Shown here: in pieces, positions 56,531 through 64,000 of the stretch
Layout of the letters: each line of letters begins with the position of its first letter
How positions within the stretch are numbered: the first letter of the stretch is position 1
Source of the DNA: the human T2T-CHM13v2.0 reference genome, Homo sapiens
Length of the DNA: 64,000 nucleotides
Strand: one strand, 5' to 3'
NCBI RefSeq assembly: GCF_009914755.1
Contig: NC_060926.1
Translations under genes and position numbers: made by a program
Notes under the pieces: generated by a model
Seen by the model: the letters and a program-made list of their open reading frames with translations, nothing else
Database searches by the model: none
What the model was told of the DNA's origin: nothing

Positions 56531-59500
56531 TTCTATATAGAGGGACGGAGTTAAAGACTTGGCCGTCCAAGAGGTCATCTGAGTTCACACAATTTGTCTG
56601 GAGTTGAACACTACATCATGAATAAGAACACAAGGACATCTCACTATCCTGGTGCCCTTGGGGCCTTGCACATAATAGGTATCATTATAGTATTCTCCTA
56701 CAGTAGAAGAACCACTTAGGATGGGTTCCAAGAAAAATCAATGACATACTAAATGTCACGCCACAGCAATTTCTGTCATAACTCAGGAGCCACATAAAAT
56801 ACAGTGAGTTCTTAAAGTCATAAATACTCTGAAATTATTTATGAAACAGGTATTAGGTAAGGTCCAATATACCAAAATTGGAAATACCTAGACACAAGGT
56901 TTAACTGGAACTCTCCATATATGTGTGCTCTATGATTCCAAGACAAGGTGCCATTCCAAATGGAGTCTGTCTTTTCGTTTTCTGAGGTTAAAACATTTTC
57001 CACATTAGAAACCTGTCCCCTTTGGTTTCCACATGGTAAATTACTCTAGTGGAATCATTTACCCTAAAGGCAATGCAGTGTTCCCATTATCACTAAGCAG
57101 CAAAGGGCAAAATAGCCAATGGGACGGAGACAGGGAGGATAAATTCAGGTCATTCTTGTTGCACCAAAAAAAAGCAACTCACATTACTCAAAAAAAAGCA
57201 TTATATTGACTCACAGATTTAGATACATCTCTGTAGTTATGAAATGATACTTTTTACAACCTTTAGTCTGCTCAATATATGGTCCAACCTCCTTACACCA
57301 CCTCTCACTATGCACATTCTTACACATCATACTCAGGAGTTGGCATTTTTCCTGGTTAGGCCATTCTAATAGTGGTGCTTTCTCTGAATTTTACTATGAA
57401 AATTAGATTTTCCTCCCAAGGAGTCTATGAAGGGTGGAATATTATAGCACACAAACTAATAATACGGAGAAAGCATGGTATTTTTACGTATTCCTTAACA
57501 CATGAGTTAACTTATCAGGAGAGTTAAATTACATTTAAAATTCAGGGGCAGATGTAGGTCCTGGCTAATGGTCCCTTCAGTGGCCTGAGATAAGGATTCA
57601 CTGACAGGGTTCTCTCAATCCCGCCCTAGTGTTGAACTTTGACCTGCAATATGCTCACTCTATGCTTAGCTGTTTTACAAATTGGTAAATACACAGGCCA
57701 AGCGGCTGCTGTCCATTATGTCTCAGATTGATTCAGTTTGGTTACTCAGGTTAGCTCAACCCCATTGCCCCCGCTGATGCTGCCTCAGTTCACACTGGCC
57801 GAAATGGACTTATTCATGTTGCCATTTGTACCATGTCATGGCCAAAGAAATTATATCCTGGAAATTCCTTGCAAAATGCCTGCAGTCTGAGATTTGGCTG
57901 TTGCCAGTGGCCACTAATCTGACCACAGTCATGCATCTGGAAAATTAAATTATTAATGTGAGATACTTACTCTACTGTATTGAAAGTAATGGCTGTGACA
58001 TCCAAGCCAAATCATTTCATATGAAACACGGAACTGGTTTGCTCTGTGTGGGGCATCAGCTGGACTCTGCTATAAGGCATCTGGTGACGCCATGAGTCCT
58101 CTCCAAGTTTTCTGCTGCAAGCCTGTGATAGCCAGCTGGCAGAGCAGCTGCAGGCCCAGGTCACTTTGGGAGCCAGCTGACCATACTCCCTTAGATAATA
58201 CATGTATAGGTCAAAGGAGGCTCTGGCTCTCACTTTGAACAAGTGTGTTTGGTCACCAGGGGTTCCACTGACCACTGGGCTGCAGAACGTGCAAATAATT
58301 TGCAGCTTCCTTAATTAAGCTAAACTCCAATCCCCAACATAGAGCTTGACCTCAAAGTGCTATTTTTATTTCTTATTCAAATGCACTGTTGCAACCACAC
58401 ATCCCCTATCTGTATCAAAGTCTCTCTTTGTGAGGCTTTTGAAAACAACTATTTTCTCTTTCCATTTTTTGAAATGATACATTTATTTTGAATAGCTGTA
58501 GAGTTACAGATATATGGACAGAGATCAAATGCGGTTTTGATTCCCAGAGATGAGTTTATCTGAGCAAAAGTAAAACACATTGTGAGTGGTAGATCATAAA
58601 CAACTTGTTTGGATTTTGGTGAAATAAGTGTGTTAGACCAGTAGTCACATGGAATAAAATATTTCTGATGTTCATTTAGTGATGTTTCTCTTTGTTACTG
58701 AGATATGTCAAGTTTCTGTTTGGCTCTGATAAACGTCAGGTCTCTCCTACCTCTTCATAGTTTGGCAGCTTATTATACATTAAACAAATATCTAGAAAAC
58801 ACCTCCTCTATGCCAGGCGCTCTGTGGAGCTCTGGGTGTAATCAGCACTAAGATAGATGAAGACCTTTCCTTCAGAGAATAAAACTAGTGGAAATTCCAC
58901 TCTAGTCATCCTTTCCTAGCAAAAACATGTGTCCCGTTTTCCAGATTCCAAGAGATGGGAAATTTCCCACATGGGCTTAATAGAGATACCCTTTGGATTT
59001 GTTTTTTAGAAATCATTTATCAATGTATAGGGATGAAAATGACATTTTTCTGGAACAACTTTTTCACATTCAGAAAACTACCTTCATGATTTCTGAGAAC
59101 CTGACAGCCATAAAAGAGAAAAAATGCTGTTTCTCTGTGCTCTTTGTAAAAAGGATCACAGCAAATGGAAACTTCAGGCTTCTTGGAAAGGCTCTAGTTC
59201 TGAAAGATTAGGGTTTACACTCTACTGTTAAACTAGACTTTCAGAGATGAGGGCTAATGCTCAACTTGGCATTGGAAATAATCTGCTTTGGCATTATGCA
59301 AAAAAAAAAAAAAGTTAGGTTCACATTGTACTGAAATAGCCACCACCTGTGGAATTTTTAGAGGCTGTTTTTGTTTTTATCATGTCAAAGCATTTCTACT
59401 CAGCTCAGACTCACCATTCCGAGCTTAGGATGAGAGGCAGCTCATGCCCCTGGACCAAATGAGTTTATCCTGGAGAAAACTCTAGTTCCAAAGCAACATG

Positions 59501-60299
59501 CAACTTCCTCGAGGTTTGGAAAAAGAGGCTTCCAAGTGTAGCATCTTTTTATTTTATAAAACTCCTTTCCCTGCCAAACATTTGGTCTTGCACGCATCTG
59601 AGGGTGGGGCAATGCTTAGAATGAGAGTGAGAAACACAAGATTTAGTAAAAGCGTTGCCAGATACTCTGCTTTTGAAATGTTGCTTAAAATAAAAAAACA
59701 CTTTTCTCCTTACTCTTTGATATGAATAATGAAAATATCTTTCTTTTTTGCCCTGGAAAGTATGTTAAAAAAAAAAAAAAAAGGCAGTGTTTTGTTTGTT
59801 TCTTTCTTTTAAGGACCACAGGCAACTCTTCCATTTGACTCATTTGGCTATTTTTGATTATTGGCCCCCGACACGTGGAACATTGTTCAGATCAGTCCTA
59901 GAGGGCCCAGAATGGCCAGCTCTCTCAGTATCTCATTTTTGGCAATTCAAAGCGCAATTTCCCATTAACCCCGATTGCCTCCTTCACACCCCTGGAAGAC
60001 ATGCACTTCTCTCCTACTAGGTGAGCCCACAGCACTCCTAAAGACTGCGCAGCCTGGAATCGACCCCAGGCCCACTTTCCCAGGTTTATTTTGCGAGCAC
60101 AGTGGGTCAGTCTGGCAAGTGACCGTGAACTGCCAGAGCAGTGGCAGGTGTCCTTCCCAGCAGAGAGCTGTCGAGGTGCACAATGTGGGAAATATGCTAA
60201 TCCAAGGGGTTGGGATGGGAGCCCCAGGCTTTGTTACCTCTCAGTTGAGAGGCCTCAGTGAGCTTTTGACAAGATGGAGCTATTGTCCTCCTGGGCCTC

Positions 60300-60700
60300 C
60301 AACAGGATGATTCAGAGGAGAACCACAGTGTAGATCAAAGGATGGAACAACAGGACCTGGGAGCAAAGGCTAAATAGCCCTGGTATTATTTTGCCTGGAG
60401 AAGAGAAGGCTGGAGGTGGGGTGGGTCAAGTAGGCCATAATGGTGAAAAAGCTATTATGTCGTGAATGTGACCAGCTGTCCGACATTTTGAGTGAGAAGA
60501 AAAGGCGTAGGAGAAAATGAATGTAAACTGCAATGTGAGAAATTTGGTTGACATAAGGAAAACATTTCAAACAGGGAGCGTTGTTAGACGCTAAAGTTAG
60601 TGACAGAGGGAATACGTTTCTTAGATGAACTTTAAAGCTGTGATTTTTCAGTCAAGAGGTTTGAAGGCAAACTTGCTCGGATGTAGGGAGTCAATAGGAA
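60300..60700 (+). mobile_element. CR1/L3 3' end fragment
   Basis: ctggagaagagaaggct...aaactgcaatgtgagaaatttggttgacataaggaaaacatttc. Confidence 0.6.
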
Positions 60701-60879
60701 AAAATGTTGAGACCCACTTCACTTAAATATGTGCAACATATGATTTAAGCCTTTGCAAACTGCTCTTTACAACGGATATTTTCTCAGAGGCTAGCATCAG
60801 AAGCTGCTACACAGGACTTCTTTGACCTTGCTTTAATGATTTACTTAGCTGAGACAGGAATTGTCTTTGTGGCTAAGTG

Positions 60880-61075
60880 ATTGACAAGTACCTTGGGTGA
60901 TGGGCATTCTGATTCCAGTTCTGCAGCTAAACAACTCTGAGACTTCCAACAAGCACAGAACCTCAATTTCCTTAACTGTCAAACAGAGACAATAGCTCTG
61001 TTCTACCTCATAGGATGGCTTGGAGGAACAAATTATAAAAGGAATAAAAAGCACACTGTACCCAAGTATGTAGTA
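60880..61075 (+). mobile_element. MIR SINE
   Basis: cctcaatttccttaactgtcaaa...ctacctcataggatggcttggagga. Confidence 0.6.
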
Positions 61076-61544
61076 ATTAGACTGTTCAGACCTCAGGGCT
61101 ACTCCCAAATACAAAAGTGCTTGGCTCTCTTAGCATTGTTTTAAAAAGTTACTCCCCAACCAGACTAGGAGTGAGAAAAGAGAAGGATCAGGGGACAAAC
61201 GGAGGATTCAAGAACAGAGTTCAAGATGGTATGGGGGCTGTTATTTTATTCTTGCCTCTCCCAGGTCTACAGCCCAACATCAAGCAAAACTGGGTGGTAT
61301 ATACCAGTGCAAGGCAAACACCCAGTTCTTTGATTAAACTGTGACCTCTGCAGTTTGGGTCATTTCAATTGGAAACGTTTCTCCATGAAATCTTCAAATA
61401 ACAGAACTAGAAAACTCCATTGCCGTTAGTGTTTCTAATAGGTCAGTCTTAAAGAACTTTTGAAATAAACAAATAAATAAACCTCAGTGTTTCAACACAG
61501 TGATAAAGTGATGGAATTTTTTACCCTTAGTGTGGGTTCAGACC

Positions 61545-61702
61545 GAGGGCATATTGAGTCACAATGAAAGAAAAAAAGCCTTCTACAGAGAAAATTCTTT
61601 TAAAAATGAAGGCAAACTCAAAAGACCTTTTCAGATAAAGGCTGAGAGGTTGTGTCCCAAGCAGATTTGCACTACAAGACATGTAAAGGAGGCTGTTTAG
61701 AG
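61545..61702 (+). mobile_element. Old L1 (L1M) ORF1 C-terminal fragment
   Basis: aaaattcttttaaaaatgaaggcaaa...ttttcagataaa...agcagatttgcactacaaga resembles SFKNEG.IKTFSDK..L.EF..SRPALQE. Confidence 0.6.
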
Positions 61703-61984
61703 CACGCCTGCTTCTTAAGGTTGTAGTCAGTTGGAACTCTGTTCTTCTGTCCCTAATGCTTCTGTGCTGCTGCAATCAGAGACGGAACCCTCAACTGTGG
61801 CAGTCATGCCACTCTAGAATGTTCAAGGTAAAAAGGACCATGTGAGCACATTTTACCAAATTCCTTTATTTTCCAAATAAGAAATAGATGGTCCAAGAAA
61901 TAGAAACAAAGAGTAATGGAATTAGTAGGGAGACAATATTGGAATTTGTCCCCAAATCTTGTGGTTGCCCAGTGATATGATTTA

Positions 61985-62380
61985 TCCCACTGGAAAGGCC
62001 ACAGACTGATCTCTAATGGGGTAAATATGGTTCACAGGCATATTTCATTTGGCCCACAAAGTGGATTTTTTAAAATAATTTTAAATTTGTTATCTTGAAA
62101 AACTAGAAGACATGGTTAGGTGAGCCATGTACCTACATGGAACATAATTATAAGTACATGAGCCTACAGCTGGAGTTCCAATGTTTCCTTCCCTTTTTAG
62201 ATGAAAAGTACTCTTTTGTTTGCCACATTCATTACCACTCCCTAACGTCTCCCTGATGATGAAGCCATAGGTGATTTAGAACGTATCTCCATACTCACAC
62301 AGATGCTCTCTTAACCATCCATTTCACTCATTTGTATGATTTTCCTGGGCTATTTACACATTTAATTTTGCAAACCCTTC
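61985..62380 (+). mobile_element. MER102-type hAT-Charlie element
   Basis: tttggcccacaaagtg...tcttgaaaaactagaagac...tttgccaca...accactcccta...tttgcaaaccc. Confidence 0.65.
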
Positions 62381-62769
62381 CCTACCACATGCTGCTTCTA
62401 TTTTCCTACTCAGCAAAATCATTCACAATTATTCCTGCAAAGAACAAAGAAACAAAAAAACATAATGACCACATGCATATATGACATACCTCTGATCCTG
62501 TAGTGATAATGTGTATAGCCCTGGAGACATACACGCATTCACAAAGCAGTTCAAGAGACTGGTTTATTTTACTCACTTTTGCATAAGACTCTAAACATTG
62601 CTGAAGACCCACTTTTGTATTCCAGTATTCTGAAGGAAAGTGATGACCATGTTGACATTTCTGTCCATTTCTGCTGAGTAAAAGGGGGCCTCCCCTCATA
62701 CTCTCTACTGTGTTTTCTAATATCTTTTAGGGAAGATGGGGTAAGAGAATCTATTAGTTTTAAGACACT

Positions 62770-63262
62770 ATTAAAAAGATAGACACATTTGTCCACCCAA
62801 AAATGTGTACATGAATTTTATAGTAGCATTATTTATAATAGCCAAAATGTAGAAACCTAGATTTCCATCAATGATAAAAGAAGTATTCTATACTTGTACA
62901 ATGGGGTATTATTTGGCAATTAAAAAATGAAGCACTGATGTATACTACAGCATGGAGAAATCCTGAAAATATTATGGTAAGTGAAAGAAACGAGTTGCAA
63001 GCCACTACATATTGTACAATCCATTTATACGAAATGTCCAGAATAGGCAAATTCCAAACAGCCAGATTATTGCCAGCTAGGCTAGGGCTGGGACATTGGG
63101 AGGACATGAGAAATAACTGATACTGGTTATGAGGTTTCTTTTTTCAGTGATGAAAACAACCTAAACTGGATTGTGGTGATGGGTGCACAACTCTGAGAAT
63201 AGTACACTTTAATGGGTGGAAAGTATGTATGTAAATTATATCTCAATAAAAATGTTACTTCA
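62770..63262 (+). mobile_element. L1MB/ME-type ORF2 end and 3' UTR
   Basis: gtccacccaaaaatgtgtacatgaat...gcattatttataatagccaaaa...gtggtgatgggtgcacaactctg...aattatatctcaataaa. Confidence 0.85.
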
Positions 63263-63309
63263 AAAAGATAAAATAGGATAAGGCTTTTGAAATCAGGAAA
63301 AGGGAAATA

Positions 63310-63505
63310 ATATTTTTGGGTGAGCTGCTACGGGCCAGGTAGAGTCTGATGTGTTTTTTTATATATTTTATTCAAGCCTCACAGCAAACCGCCAGGAGGT
63401 TTTATTCTGTCCATTTCACAGATGAAGAAATAAAGGCTCACAGAGATTAGGCTGCCTTACCTCGTCACTTGCGAAGCTGAGTTCTGAACCAGATTTGACT
63501 CTCAA
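63310..63505 (-). mobile_element. MIR SINE
   Basis: ccatttcacagatgaagaaataaaggctcacagagattag. Confidence 0.75.
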
Positions 63506-63889
63506 ACAGCCTGCCTCGCCCCACTGCTGCTCAGCAGTCACGCAGCGTTTTCTCCTTCTCTAAAGACAAGGAACTAATAGAGACTTGCCTCCACTGGTTC
63601 TTATTGCCTCATGTGACTATTTAATGATGAGCAGGATACCAACTCTTCTTTCCTAAAGAGCTACCCTGAGCCATGCCAGCTGACTAAACAGTCTTTCTAA
63701 AGTCAAATGGGGCCTTTTTTTCTCAAGGTGACATGAGTGCTTTTCTAAATGCAGAGCTAGACTCGCCTAAAACAATTCTCTGTCTGCTGTCTGTTGGCAT
63801 TTTCTCATTTACCCAATATCCTCCTTGAACTCACCTCTGCTTGCTCCCTCATTCCACATTACAGCTAAAAACATTGTCTAATGCAGTTT

Positions 63890-63960
63890 TCCCTCCCTAC
63901 CCCACCCCTGCCTATATAAAGCAGCATCCAGGTAGCAGTGAACATGTTTACGCCTCCTAA
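63890..63960 (+). promoter_or_regulatory. Candidate TATA core promoter (unverified)
   Basis: ccccacccc (CACCC/KLF-type) directly before TATATAAAG at 63913-63921; tgtttac forkhead motif downstream. Motif evidence only. Confidence 0.25.
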
Positions 63961-64000
63961 TTCTTTTGTTACACATGTCTCTAATCATTAACATCGAATA

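Overview
Primate (human-like) genomic DNA that is intergenic or deep intronic. I can support no host protein-coding exon, CpG island, tRNA, rRNA or CRISPR array, and the ORF track is almost entirely spurious or repeat-derived. The window is a layered record of transposable elements: one full-length, inactivated L1PA4-like LINE-1 on the minus strand (25.7-31.8 kb) with target-site duplication (TSD), long 5' UTR and a truncated antisense ORF0; six Alus (J, S and Y types); older L1 pieces; many L2 and MIR fragments; two CR1/L3 fossils; six solo LTRs (MLT1, MST, MER21); and several DNA transposon fossils (MER58A, MER46C, Tigger3a, MER44A, MER82, MER5, MER102, MER117). The best non-TE feature is a 3'-truncated, tailless 7SK snRNA retropseudogene (33802-34040, minus strand). 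A few repeat-free stretches carry motif clusters that could be regulatory (kB-type sites at 57.9-59.0 kb, a TATA/CACCC element at the window end). I did not find convincing evidence of a previously undescribed biological system. Repeat family names come from recalled consensus sequences, not from a database search, and boundaries of old elements are approximate.
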